From the NCBI GenBank assembly GCA_041940405.1, contig JBGTSH010000002.1, forward strand, positions 14,068-78,067: DNA of 64,000 nt, written 5' to 3'. Source of the DNA: Polyangiaceae bacterium. Lineage in GTDB: Bacteria > Myxococcota_A > Polyangia > Polyangiales > Polyangiaceae. The position numbers and the translations under genes were made by a program. Below the pieces are notes generated by a model. The model saw only the letters and a list, made by a program, of their open reading frames with translations, was not told where the DNA came from and searched no databases. Positions 17,743 to 27,351 of the stretch are shown here, one piece after another (the first letter of the stretch is position 1; each line of letters begins with the position of its first letter).

Positions 17743-18729
17743 TCAGCTCTCGTCGAGCCTTTCGCCGTCATCGATTGGATAGAGGTGCATGTTGGCGACC
17801 ATGACGCGCGTCGCGACCGGCGCCTTGCGAACCAGCGTCCGAAGCTCGCGCACATAGCGGAGCCGCAGCTCTTGGATGGCGGCGAGCGTCTCTTCGTCGG
17901 TTCCGAAGACGAGGTACGAGAACTTGCCGTCGGCCCCTCGAGCGATGCGCTCGCTCGCGAGGCGTGTCCAGTGCCCGACGAGCCGGCTCGCGCCGCGCGG
18001 ATCGCGTGATGTGTCGACGGACCGGTTCTTGTCGAGCTGCCACCGCTTGCCGTCGAAGTGGGTCACTCCGGCCTTCGACAAGTCCTCGAGGGTGCGCTCC
18101 TCGGCCTCACGATCGATGCCGAGCCGCGCGGCGATCCAACCGGGCCGATGTGCGGGTAGCGCCGCGTACTGCTCGAGCTCGAGGAAGCGCGGGACGGCCT
18201 CGGACAGCGGGTTGTCGTAGGCGAGGCGGCGCAGCGCTTCGACGCGTTGCCACTCGCTCTTCGCCGCCTCGAGCGAGCCCACGTCGACGAAGCCGGCGAC
18301 CAGATCGAGGAGCCTACGTGTGCAAGCGTCGATCAGATGGAAGAACGTCGGAAGGCGCGGCTCGGTCGCGCCGCTCAGGATTCGGCTCACGGCGGATCGC
18401 GACTGCCCGATGCGTGACGCGAGCAGCTGCATCGGGATCTTTCCGCGCGCGGCACGGAGGAGCGCCGCGGCGAAGGCAGGCCGGGTGGGATCGCCCGTTC
18501 TGAGCTCGTCGGGGAGTTGCCGTTGGAAGAACGGCGCGACGGCGGCCCGCACGTCGATGCCGGTGCGAGCGGCTGCACGAAGCATCTCGGCCGCTGTCGG
18601 AAAGCGCCGGCCCGATTCCCACGGATACGCGACGTTGCTCCTGTACCCGAGGCGCCGGCTGAAGGCCGTTTGGGAGCGGCGACCGCGCAACGCCCGCATC
18701 ATTTCCCCTGCCAGCGCGGCGTAGTTCAC
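17743..18729 (-). CDS. HTH plus DUF4423-like putative transcriptional regulator
   Basis: N-terminal XRE-like HTH segments (RRSQTAFSRRLGYRSNVAYPWESG, GQSRSAVSRILSG). The C-terminal domain resembles the TIGR02147/DUF4423 family. GTG start; TATACT lies 9 nt upstream. Confidence 0.65.
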   Translation of the reverse strand: MNYAALAGEMMRALRGRRSQTAFSRRLGYRSNVAYPWESGRRFPTAAEMLRAAARTGIDVRAAVAPFFQRQLPDELRTGDPTRPAFAAALLRAARGKIPMQLLASRIGQSRSAVSRILSGATEPRLPTFFHLIDACTRRLLDLVAGFVDVGSLEAAKSEWQRVEALRRLAYDNPLSEAVPRFLELEQYAALPAHRPGWIAARLGIDREAEERTLEDLSKAGVTHFDGKRWQLDKNRSVDTSRDPRGASRLVGHWTRLASERIARGADGKFSYLVFGTDEETLAAIQELRLRYVRELRTLVRKAPVATRVMVANMHLYPIDDGERLDES

Positions 18730-18832
18730 GCGGTCGAGTATAGCGGATATGCACGCTGGATTGCACCCGTGCCAGCGACTTTGTGCGTTCCTGCACTAGC
18801 GTCCTCGCCGTGTCGCTCTACGCTCTCTCCGC

Positions 18833-21169
18833 ATGCGATGGCTTCACTCGCTCGCGGTTGGCTCTCTCCTCATGTCGTCGTTCGGCTGCAGTGACGATGA
18901 CGACGCTCGCTCGGACGGCGGTGAAGGTGGCGGTGGCGCGGATGGCACCACGAGCCCGAGCAGTAGCTCCGCGGCTACAGGCGGCGGCGGCGAAGGCGGC
19001 GGCCCGGCGCTCGCGTGCGGCGACGGCGTGGCCGCAGCGGATCTGGCCGCGGCGAGCTGGGACGGCCGTTTCACGATCGCCGGTCTGTCGAGTCAGTTCG
19101 GGATCGCTCCGGTGGTCCACGACTTCGCGACCGACATCGACGGAACCTTGATCGCAGCCGGTCGGTTCGACACGCTCTCCGGTGCCGAGGTGCCGCCGCT
19201 GGTCCGTTGGAAGAACGGCGCATGGGAGCCTGCGCGATCGGTGTGGGAGATCCCGCCGCCGGGCGACGGGTTCAGTGCGATCGCCGTCTCGGACACCGGT
19301 GCGCTCGCGCTCGCGACGAACGACTCCTTCGGCGAGATGACCGGTGAGATCTGGATCGACGAGGGGGACGGGCTGATCTCGGTCGGCGCCTTCGATGGTC
19401 GGGTTCGCAGCCTCGCGTTCTTCGACGACCAGCTGTGGGTTGTCGGTAACTATGCGCTCGACGCGGGTGGTGAGCCGGTCGCGGGCGTCGCCGTTTGGGA
19501 CGGGGCGACGTGGTCCGCTCCCCCTGGGGGCGCCGCCGACGGTCCCGCCTTCGAGCTCTTCGTCGACGACGGCACGCTCTACGTCGGCGGGGCGTTCGCC
19601 ACGATCGGCGGCATCGATGCGGCGAGCATCGCCGCGTACGACGGCACGACGTGGACGGCGCGCTCGTTCGACGGCGCGCTCGCCATCTATGCCCTCGCGA
19701 AGCAGGGAGTCGACCTCTACGCAGGCGGGGCATTCGGGGAGTTCTCGGAAGCGAGCGGTGTCGCCCGGTGGGACGGATCGAATTGGCAGATCGTCGGAGG
19801 CGGCCTCGGCCAATACCAAACCCGAGGTGTGGTCACCGACCTCGTGAGCCACGATGGCGTGCTCGACGCGACCGGGTGCTTCAACAGCGCCGGTGGATTG
19901 GACGGGGCTCCGGGGGCCATGGCATCGCGGTCGTTTGCGCGCTGGAATGGAACGGAATGGCAATCGCTCGACGACGGCACGCGCGGCGCATTGTCGCCCT
20001 GGTTCGCCACGCTGGCGTGCGGCGACGAGGGGCCTACGGCGGTATGGGACGTGCCCCATCAGCGGCTCGCCTACGATGGCGAGCGGCTCGTCGCCGGCGG
20101 CTCATTTGCCGGCGCGGGCGGTGTGGCGTCGCAATCGCTCGTCGCCCGTGACACCGACGATTGGATCGCGCAGGGGACCGCGAATCAGGGGATTGCGGGT
20201 TCCATCGATTTCATTGCCGCCGGAGGAAGCGGTTGCGAGGTGTATGGCGTCGGCACGTTCACGCACGTCGGCGGTGTCGAAGCTGCCGGTCGGGTCGTTC
20301 ACTTCGACGGCACGTCGTGGACGCCGCTCGCCGATGATTTGCCGTCGGACGCATGGTGCCCGGCCATCGACGTGAGCTCCTCCGGGCAGGTCGCCGTCGG
20401 CTGCATGGTGTTCCCACCTGCCGGCGACGCCGAGGGCGTGGTCCTCGTTCGCGAAGGGGACGCCATGGTGCCGCTGTCGACGACGGGCCTGGGACCGGTC
20501 CAGTCGCTCGCGTGGTCGCCGAGCGGGGCGCTCTTCGTCGGAGGCATGGGCAGGGCGGGCTATCTGGCGCGCGTCGAAGCAGGATCCGTCGAGATGATCG
20601 AAGAAGGCTTCGACGGGCCAGTCCAACACATCGACGTCGCGAGCGACCAGGACGTCGTCGTCGCGGGCGGCTTCCAGATGGTCGGCTCCCTCGCGGCGCA
20701 GCGGATCGCGCGGTTCGACGGCACAGCATGGTCGAAGGTCGGCGACGGGGTCCTCGGTGCGCCGACGGCTCTCTGTCGCGATGGCGCGACGATCTATGTG
20801 AGCACCTACGACGACGGCACCGGCGCCTATCTCCTCGGCAGGTTCGACGGCACGAGCTGGGCCGAGCTGGCCACGCCGGGATCGGGGATCACCAAGGACA
20901 GCGCGTTCAACTTCAACGCCATCCGCATCGTTGACGGAACCGTCATTGCTGGTGGCGCCGCCGAGCTGGATGATGGGTCCGGGCGAGCCGTGGTGACCTA
21001 TCGGGACGGGGCATTCCAGGCGCTCCGCGGCGGCGTGAACGCGATCGGCGTCGGCGGGCTCGCAGTCACGGACGACGCAGTCTGGGTCGCCGGCAGCATC
21101 ACGTCCGTCGCGCCGACGACGAGCCCGATGTCGTCGGTCGGCGTCGCTCGTCTGGCGCTCGGCGAATGA
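18833..21169 (+). CDS. secreted lipoprotein with about 12 beta-propeller-type repeats
   Basis: Signal peptide plus lipobox (LLMSSFGC) and a G/S-rich linker. This is followed by repeated units of the form LYVGGAF..GG..A..IA.WDGT.W. Confidence 0.85.
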   Translation: MRWLHSLAVGSLLMSSFGCSDDDDARSDGGEGGGGADGTTSPSSSSAATGGGGEGGGPALACGDGVAAADLAAASWDGRFTIAGLSSQFGIAPVVHDFATDIDGTLIAAGRFDTLSGAEVPPLVRWKNGAWEPARSVWEIPPPGDGFSAIAVSDTGALALATNDSFGEMTGEIWIDEGDGLISVGAFDGRVRSLAFFDDQLWVVGNYALDAGGEPVAGVAVWDGATWSAPPGGAADGPAFELFVDDGTLYVGGAFATIGGIDAASIAAYDGTTWTARSFDGALAIYALAKQGVDLYAGGAFGEFSEASGVARWDGSNWQIVGGGLGQYQTRGVVTDLVSHDGVLDATGCFNSAGGLDGAPGAMASRSFARWNGTEWQSLDDGTRGALSPWFATLACGDEGPTAVWDVPHQRLAYDGERLVAGGSFAGAGGVASQSLVARDTDDWIAQGTANQGIAGSIDFIAAGGSGCEVYGVGTFTHVGGVEAAGRVVHFDGTSWTPLADDLPSDAWCPAIDVSSSGQVAVGCMVFPPAGDAEGVVLVREGDAMVPLSTTGLGPVQSLAWSPSGALFVGGMGRAGYLARVEAGSVEMIEEGFDGPVQHIDVASDQDVVVAGGFQMVGSLAAQRIARFDGTAWSKVGDGVLGAPTALCRDGATIYVSTYDDGTGAYLLGRFDGTSWAELATPGSGITKDSAFNFNAIRIVDGTVIAGGAAELDDGSGRAVVTYRDGAFQALRGGVNAIGVGGLAVTDDAVWVAGSITSVAPTTSPMSSVGVARLALGE

Positions 21170-21175
21170 GCGAGG

Positions 21176-22159
21176 TCAGCCGATCTCGATCAACACCTTG
21201 CCGAAGGTCGCATTGTCGGCGAGGAGCTTGTGCGCGGCCCCGGTTCGATCGAGGGGAAAGACCGCCTCGACCACCGGCTTGATCATGCCGCGCGCGAGCC
21301 ACGGGCTGAGCGTGCGGCGGAGCAGATCGGCGGCCTGGATCTTTTCCTCGAGAGGCCGCGAACGAAGGACGGTGCCGATGATTGTGAGTCGCTTTCGGAG
21401 GAGGAGGCCGAGGTCGACCTCACCGTGGAGGCCGGCCGTGAGACCGACGACTACCACGCGGCCGCGCGAGGCGAGGAGCGGCAACGTCGCGCCTGTGTAG
21501 CCGCCGCCCACGAGATCGAGGACGACATCGATGCCGTGCGGAAAGACTTCGCGGACGCTCTTCTCGACGGCGGACGGTCTTTCTACGAGCGCGCCGGCGT
21601 CGAGCCCGAGATCGCGCGCGCGGTCGAGCTTGGATGCCGTTCGCGAGGTGCCGACGGCCGTGCAGCCGAGCGCCTTGGCCACCTGGAGCCCGGCGGTCCC
21701 GACGCCGCTTCCGATCGCGTGGATGAGCACCCGCTCGCCCGGGCGAAGGTTGCCGCGCAGAACGAGCGCGTCGTACGCGGTGATGAACGCCTCGGGGACG
21801 GCTGCCGCGTCGTGGTCCGAGATGCCATCGGGGATCCTCGCGGTCTCGCGCTCGTGCACGACGATGTATTCCGCGTAGGCGCCGCCTCCGATAATGCCGT
21901 AGACGCGCTCGCCGACCCTCGACTCCGAGACGCCTTGTCCGACCGCGTCGATCACGCCCGCGTACTCGAGCCCGGGGATGTCGGGCGGCACGCCTTCGGG
22001 TGCGGGGTACATCCCCATGCGCTGCAGCAGGTCGGCGCGATTGACGCCGGCGAAGCGAACCCGAACGCGGACATGGCCGGCCGGCGGAATGGGATCGGGA
22101 CGCTCCTGGATGACGAGGACGTCTTCGGATCCCGGCTCACGGATGACGATAGCGCGCAT
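21176..22159 (-). CDS. NAD(P)H:quinone oxidoreductase (medium-chain reductase, Qor/PIG3-like)
   Basis: N-terminal GroES-like region (VRVRVRFAGVNRADL) and the cofactor motif HAIGSGVGTA. Confidence 0.9.
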   Translation of the reverse strand: MRAIVIREPGSEDVLVIQERPDPIPPAGHVRVRVRFAGVNRADLLQRMGMYPAPEGVPPDIPGLEYAGVIDAVGQGVSESRVGERVYGIIGGGAYAEYIVVHERETARIPDGISDHDAAAVPEAFITAYDALVLRGNLRPGERVLIHAIGSGVGTAGLQVAKALGCTAVGTSRTASKLDRARDLGLDAGALVERPSAVEKSVREVFPHGIDVVLDLVGGGYTGATLPLLASRGRVVVVGLTAGLHGEVDLGLLLRKRLTIIGTVLRSRPLEEKIQAADLLRRTLSPWLARGMIKPVVEAVFPLDRTGAAHKLLADNATFGKVLIEIG

Positions 22160-22180
22160 ACGTGGAGAAAGAGTCGTACC

Positions 22181-23203
22181 CTATTTGTCGCGCGAGAGGA
22201 GCCTTCGCAGGATCTCGAGGGGATCGAAGCCGAAGCGTCCCTCGGCGTCCTGCTCGAGCCCGACGACCGTGGCGACCTGACCCAGGGTTTCACGAACGAT
22301 CGCGAGCACAGGGCTCACCAGACCGAGACCTTGCGCGCGCTCGGCGATCCCGCGAACCGCCGAGAACGCGGCGCGCCCGGCGTCGATCCCGAGCGGCACG
22401 GCGAGCGCTATCGGAACGGGGGAGAGGATGACGTCACGGATGGCGACCGCGCGTGCCCACGCTCCGGGCGTGGGATCGACTTCGAGCTCGCGGAAGGTCG
22501 TCGCCTCGGCATAAACCCCCATCGCCAGCGGACCGACGCGTTGATCGAACGCGCGCGCGAGGTGGCGGTAGTCGCGACGCCAATCGCCGGCGAGGAGGCC
22601 CATGTCGCGGCGGATCTCGTCGGGGCCCAGGATCCAATCGAAGCTGCCTGCGCGACCGCGGCGGAGCGCCACGGATGTCCACACGTCGCCGCCGTCGAAG
22701 AGGCCGAGGGCGATCGCGTGGCCGCGAGGGCAGACGGCATCGAGCGTCGTGTCGACCATCCCGACCGTGGGCACGGGCAGACCGGAGAGGCGAGCCGGCC
22801 AGATGTCGATCCGACCGGCGAGCATCTCTTCGCGCACGAGCGATACGAGCAGGACCAGCTGCGCGGTCAGGCCGTCGCCCCGCCGCAAGCGCGCGCCGAA
22901 ACGCTCCATCACATTTTCGAGCGCGCCTACTTCGAGCGTCATGCCCCAGCTCGCGTGGTGGCGCCGCGAGAGCTCCTCGACCGAGAGCGGCCAGCTCGGC
23001 GCGACATCCTCGAGGCGAAGCCGCCCTGCCTGGGTGTGCACGAGCTTTCGAAGTCGACCCTCGCTCACGACGGCGACGATGCCGCCTTGCGGTCTGTCGG
23101 GGTCGCGCTCGCCACCGCTCGGCGCGCGGGGACGGAAGAGCGACAGGAAACGCGACCAGTCGCTCTGCGTGAACCCCTCGAAGCGGACGTCGGTCGAGAG
23201 CAC
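22181..23203 (-). CDS. hypothetical protein (340 aa)
   Basis: Protein-like composition. It is tightly spaced between the FadJ-like gene and qor on the same strand. No motif recognised. Confidence 0.6.
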   Translation of the reverse strand: MLSTDVRFEGFTQSDWSRFLSLFRPRAPSGGERDPDRPQGGIVAVVSEGRLRKLVHTQAGRLRLEDVAPSWPLSVEELSRRHHASWGMTLEVGALENVMERFGARLRRGDGLTAQLVLLVSLVREEMLAGRIDIWPARLSGLPVPTVGMVDTTLDAVCPRGHAIALGLFDGGDVWTSVALRRGRAGSFDWILGPDEIRRDMGLLAGDWRRDYRHLARAFDQRVGPLAMGVYAEATTFRELEVDPTPGAWARAVAIRDVILSPVPIALAVPLGIDAGRAAFSAVRGIAERAQGLGLVSPVLAIVRETLGQVATVVGLEQDAEGRFGFDPLEILRRLLSRDK

Positions 23204-23215
23204 GCGCGGACCTTA

Positions 23216-24664
23216 TCAGGATCTTCGACTGGGGTAGAGACGCGCGCCCCGCTCGGCGATCGATCGGAGCAGCGCCGGCGGCTCGAACGCCGGGCCGTAC
23301 TCGCGAGCGAGCACCTCGGCTCGCGCCACGATCTCGCGCGGGCCGACCTCATCGACGTAGCGGAAGGGGCCGCCGCGAAAGGGAGGAAACCCGCCGAGGA
23401 AGACTGCGGCGACGTCGCCGTGCAGCGGGCTCGGGATGAGGTCCGCCTCGAGCGCGCGGAGCGCCTCGAGCACCAGCGAAAGCGCGCAGCGCATCTGGAT
23501 CATTTCGGGAGCGATTCGCCGCGTGGCCGCGGTTCTTCGGTCTTCCGACGGGTCCTGGCCGAGAAATCCCCATGCGCGTAGGGCCGCCCGCACCTCTGCC
23601 GGGGACGCTCCCGTAGCGAAGAGCCGTCGTGCTTCGGTCTCGAGCGCGGCGAAGACTCGCCGGACGAAGCGACGGTGAGAGAGACTGGCCGCTTGGGCGT
23701 GCGCCGCGTAGCCGAGGCCCAACGACGCGAGCGCCGAGCGGATGGCTCCACCCGACGGGACGGCTTCGCGGCGTTCGAGAGAGAGCGCGCCTGCGCGGAG
23801 GGCCGCGAGGTTCCTCGCCGTCGTCGACGTGGCGAGCTCGCCGAAGCTGAACACCTCCATCTCCGCCGCGAGATCGGCTCGCCGCTGCGCGAGGGCTTCG
23901 ACGATGTCGAGCGCGCGCTGCAGCGCCGGATAGTTCCCGCCATGTCGAGCCCGGATCTCGCGCCGTGCAGCGACGACCGACGCCGAGGAGCCTCCTCGAG
24001 GGCTCGGTCGCTTCCTCTGCGTGAGCTCTTCGGCGCAAGACTCGACGGCCGCTGCAGGAGCGATCGCGTCGATGAGGCCCAGCGACAGCGCCTCTTCGGC
24101 GCCCAGGCGCCTGCCGCGCGAGGCGAGGTCAACCGCGACCTCGATGCCGCCGAGCGCGACTGCGCGTGCGAGCCCGCCGAGTCGTGGTGCGAGCCCGATC
24201 TCGGTATCCGACAGCCCCACGGTAGAGGAGGTGCCTTCGATCGCGATGCGCGCACGACAGGCGAGCGCCACCTCGAACGACGTCCCGTCGACGTCCCCGT
24301 GGAGGAGCGCGACAACCGGCCTCGGAGATCGAGCGATGCGCTCGAGCGACGCGCGCTCGGCCCGGCACGCCGCTTCGGCGCGCGAGCGCAATCCATGCGA
24401 CAGGGCGTCCGCCCCGATGCGGGGCGCGTCGCCACCCAGCGAGAGGAAGCTCGCGCGACCAATCCGCTCGGCAGAGAGCCGTTCGAGCGCTTCGTCCAGC
24501 GCCTCGGCGAGCCCGCTTCGGAGCGCGCTCGCCGAGGAGGCCGGCTCACGAATTCGAACGGCTGGAGCGGCCGAATCGGGCGTCACGGGTGAGGTTTCGC
24601 CGCCATCGGCCGCGCCGTCAACCATCGAGGCTTTGCAGCTCACCGAAAGCCGGACTAGTTTCAT
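23216..24664 (-). CDS. FadJ/FadB-like protein with a crotonase fold and 3-hydroxyacyl-CoA dehydrogenase C-terminal domain, but without a recognisable NAD-binding domain
   Basis: Crotonase-like PVVALLHGDVDGTSFEVALACRARIA..GLSDTEIGL, the linker motif GGNYPA, and the C-terminal GGFPPFRGGPFRYVDEVG. Only the last 482 codons of track ORF 23216..25858 look real. Confidence 0.7.
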   Translation of the reverse strand: MKLVRLSVSCKASMVDGAADGGETSPVTPDSAAPAVRIREPASSASALRSGLAEALDEALERLSAERIGRASFLSLGGDAPRIGADALSHGLRSRAEAACRAERASLERIARSPRPVVALLHGDVDGTSFEVALACRARIAIEGTSSTVGLSDTEIGLAPRLGGLARAVALGGIEVAVDLASRGRRLGAEEALSLGLIDAIAPAAAVESCAEELTQRKRPSPRGGSSASVVAARREIRARHGGNYPALQRALDIVEALAQRRADLAAEMEVFSFGELATSTTARNLAALRAGALSLERREAVPSGGAIRSALASLGLGYAAHAQAASLSHRRFVRRVFAALETEARRLFATGASPAEVRAALRAWGFLGQDPSEDRRTAATRRIAPEMIQMRCALSLVLEALRALEADLIPSPLHGDVAAVFLGGFPPFRGGPFRYVDEVGPREIVARAEVLAREYGPAFEPPALLRSIAERGARLYPSRRS

Positions 24665-24673
24665 GCACCTGTC

Positions 24674-25885
24674 ATGAGCGACGCAAAAACGGCTGCACCG
24701 CCCAATCCGGACAAATCGGCCGATCCGGACAAGTCGCTCGCCACCATCGCCGGCGCCGCCGGCGCCGTAGGGATCGTGGCCGGCTTCATCTTGCGGAGCA
24801 TGGCCGGCAAGGCGGAGCAAGAGCTCACCGATCTCGTCGCCAGGATCGGCAAGGAGCGCAGCCGCGAGGCGATGCAGTCGCTCTCCGCGCAGAAGCAGTC
24901 GCTCGACTTCCGGGCGGGCGTCGAGTTCTCGCTCGGTACGGGGCTCATCGCGCTCGGCGGAGCGACGCTGGTTGCGGCCGCGCTCGTCTACTTCATGGGC
25001 GTGAGGCCTCGGCGCGCCGCCGCGCTCCTCTTCCCGCCGTTCCTGTTCGTCGCGGTGTACTCGACCTACATGGTCGGGGTCGAGTCGCTCGCGTTCACCG
25101 GCTTCAGCGCGATCGCGCTCCTCGCCTACGTGACGAGCGGCCCGAACGAGCGGGCGCGCAGGGAGCTCGATGCGTTCCGTAACTTCCCGGCGCGGGCGGA
25201 GGCGGGAGACGACAAGGCGCATCCCTACCGCGCGTCGTACCTCTCGGTCGAGAAAGGCAAGGTCATCAAGCTCCTCAGGACGGTCACGTCGCTCCCGCCC
25301 GAGCTCGAGCGGATGCTCCCGCTCGTGGGAGAAGGGCGACCCGTCGTCTACTACCAGCTGAGAAAGAACCTCGCGTACATCGCCGTGGTCGAGGCCGACG
25401 CGTACAACTTGAGCGACTTCTGCACCGTGCTCATGGCGCTCGAGGAGCAGGCGCCTCGCTTCGTCGCGCGCCCGCTCCCCATCGTCGAAGGCCGTCGAAT
25501 CAAGAACACCGGCGTGAAGTTCAGCGACGACCCCGAATTCACCGAGGAGTACCTCGTCGAGCCGTCGCCCGGCTCCGGCGGCCCAGAGGTGGATCGCATT
25601 CGCGAGTTCTTGAGCGAGGAGGCGCGTGACGCCCTCTTCGATCTGCCGCGCACCTGGCTCCTCGTGGAGCGCAGCGCCATGGCCGCGACGGTGTACGGCG
25701 CTTTCGACGCCGACGTCGCCGACCAATTGGTCGAGCTCGCCGACGTCCTCTTCGCCGAGCACGGCGCAGAGGGCGGACCGACGCTCTTCGAGCCCGATGG
25801 GGCCATCGATCCGGCCGGCAAGGGCAAGACCAAGAAGAAGAAGGCGAAGGCGCAGCATTCGCCCGCGAGTCCGCCGTCGTCATGA
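24674..25885 (+). CDS. hypothetical membrane protein (N-terminal TM segments, soluble C-terminal domain, Lys-rich tail)
   Basis: TM-like AGAAGAVGIVAGFIL, GTGLIALGGATLVAAALVYF and LLFPPFLFVAVYSTYMV. ATGA coupling to the downstream BtpA-like gene. Confidence 0.65.
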   Translation: MSDAKTAAPPNPDKSADPDKSLATIAGAAGAVGIVAGFILRSMAGKAEQELTDLVARIGKERSREAMQSLSAQKQSLDFRAGVEFSLGTGLIALGGATLVAAALVYFMGVRPRRAAALLFPPFLFVAVYSTYMVGVESLAFTGFSAIALLAYVTSGPNERARRELDAFRNFPARAEAGDDKAHPYRASYLSVEKGKVIKLLRTVTSLPPELERMLPLVGEGRPVVYYQLRKNLAYIAVVEADAYNLSDFCTVLMALEEQAPRFVARPLPIVEGRRIKNTGVKFSDDPEFTEEYLVEPSPGSGGPEVDRIREFLSEEARDALFDLPRTWLLVERSAMAATVYGAFDADVADQLVELADVLFAEHGAEGGPTLFEPDGAIDPAGKGKTKKKKAKAQHSPASPPSS

Positions 25886-26769
25886 CCGCACCGTCATATC
25901 CGCCGGCGTCGGGCTCCGGCACGACCTCGGCGTTCTCCCTCCCGGGGCTCATCGGCGTGGTGCACCTGCGCCCGCTCCCGGGCAGCCCGCGTTTTTCGGG
26001 CGACATCTCCGCCGTGGCGGCGGCGTGTGCTCGCGACGCCGAGGTCCTCGCCGACGCGGGCTTCGAAGGCGTGATGATCGAGAACTACGGCGATGCGCCG
26101 TTCGAGCCGAGCGCCGTCGCGCCGATCACCGTCGCCGCGCTGACTCGTTGTGCGCTCGCGGCACGCGTCGCCGCGCCGATGCTGCCGCTCGGCGTGAACG
26201 TGCTTCGCAACGACGCCGAGGCGGCGCTCTCGGTCGCGGTCGCCGCCGGCGCGTCGTTCATCCGCGTGAACGTCCATACCGGCGCACGCCTGACCGACCA
26301 GGGGCTCATCTCCGGCGCCGCACATCGCACGCTCCGCTTGCGTCACGCGCTCGGCGCGTCGGCCGTGATGCTTCTCTGCGACGTCGACGTAAAGCACTCG
26401 GCGCCCCTCGCCGCTCGCCCGCTGAGTGAGGAGGCGCACGATCTCGTCGACCGAGGCGGCGCGGATGCGGTGCTGGTCACCGGAAGCGGGACAGGGCGAG
26501 AGGCGAGCCTGCGCGATCTGGACGAGGTCTTGCGCGCAGTCGCGGCGCCCGTTTACGTCGCGAGCGGCGTGAATGAGGCCACGCTCGGCTCGCTCGAGCG
26601 TGCGCACGGCGTGATCGTCGGCTCGTGCTTGCGAGCCGACGGCAAGGCAGGCGGACCGATCGACGCCGCGCTCGCCCGCCGATTCGCGTTTGCCTACCGC
26701 GCGATGCGGGCGGCGCAGGCCGAGCGGCGCGTCGACTCGGCTGTCCCGCCGCACGTCACCGGTTCGTAG
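25882..26769 (+). CDS. BtpA/SgcQ-family TIM-barrel protein
   Basis: LIGVVHLRPLPGSP.., GFEGVMIENYGD, NVLRND and FIRVNVHTG are typical of the BtpA family. Confidence 0.8.
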   Translation: MTAPSYPPASGSGTTSAFSLPGLIGVVHLRPLPGSPRFSGDISAVAAACARDAEVLADAGFEGVMIENYGDAPFEPSAVAPITVAALTRCALAARVAAPMLPLGVNVLRNDAEAALSVAVAAGASFIRVNVHTGARLTDQGLISGAAHRTLRLRHALGASAVMLLCDVDVKHSAPLAARPLSEEAHDLVDRGGADAVLVTGSGTGREASLRDLDEVLRAVAAPVYVASGVNEATLGSLERAHGVIVGSCLRADGKAGGPIDAALARRFAFAYRAMRAAQAERRVDSAVPPHVTGS

Positions 26770-26808
26770 CCAAAAGGCCGGCGCTTTGCGCCCAGCGGAA
26801 CTTGAGGC

Positions 26809-27351
26809 ATGGTTGTTCCCATGCAGCGCTCGCTTCTTTCTCTCGGGCTCGTCGCAGCCGCGTTTGCCTCGTCTGCCTGTGCCCAGGACCCTTCCGCCGC
26901 CCCGGAGCCCAAGGCGACTCAGACCGCAGCCGCAGAGACCCAGGCGCCGAAGACAAAAGAGACCTCGGGCGCCACAGCATCGCTCGCGGGCAAAGCCTTC
27001 GGCGACAAGATCACGCTGAGCGACGACGTCGAGCTCGCCTCGATCGTGACCGACCCTGCGAAGTTCGCCGATCAGACGGTGCGGACGACCGGCGTCGTTC
27101 AAGCCGTCTGCCAGAAGGCCGGCTGCTGGATGGAGATCGGCGACGCACAGGGTCGCGCCCACATCAAGATGGCCGGGCACGCGTTCCTCGTCCCCAAGTC
27201 TGCGAGTGGACACCGGGCCATCGTCCAGGGCACCGTCAAGAGCGGCGCGCCCGCCAACGAGTGCGGCAGCAAGGACTCCTGCGGTGGGACCGACAACGGC
27301 GCCATCGCCAAGATCGAGATCGTCGCAACCGGCGTCGAGTTCATCGACTAG
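26809..27351 (+). CDS. DUF4920-like secreted protein
   Basis: Signal peptide, then VCQKAGCWMEI..HIKMAGHAFLVPKSASG..VQGTV. Confidence 0.75.
   Translation: MVVPMQRSLLSLGLVAAAFASSACAQDPSAAPEPKATQTAAAETQAPKTKETSGATASLAGKAFGDKITLSDDVELASIVTDPAKFADQTVRTTGVVQAVCQKAGCWMEIGDAQGRAHIKMAGHAFLVPKSASGHRAIVQGTVKSGAPANECGSKDSCGGTDNGAIAKIEIVATGVEFID

Noticed and set aside
18745-18775. Sigma-54-like GCTGGCACGGGTGCAAT and a sigma-70-like TGCAAT-17-TATACT upstream of the DUF4423-like gene
   Set aside because: The GG-GC spacing is one nucleotide off for sigma-54, and the -35 match is weak. The TATACT box is noted in the feature evidence but is too weak to call as a promoter.
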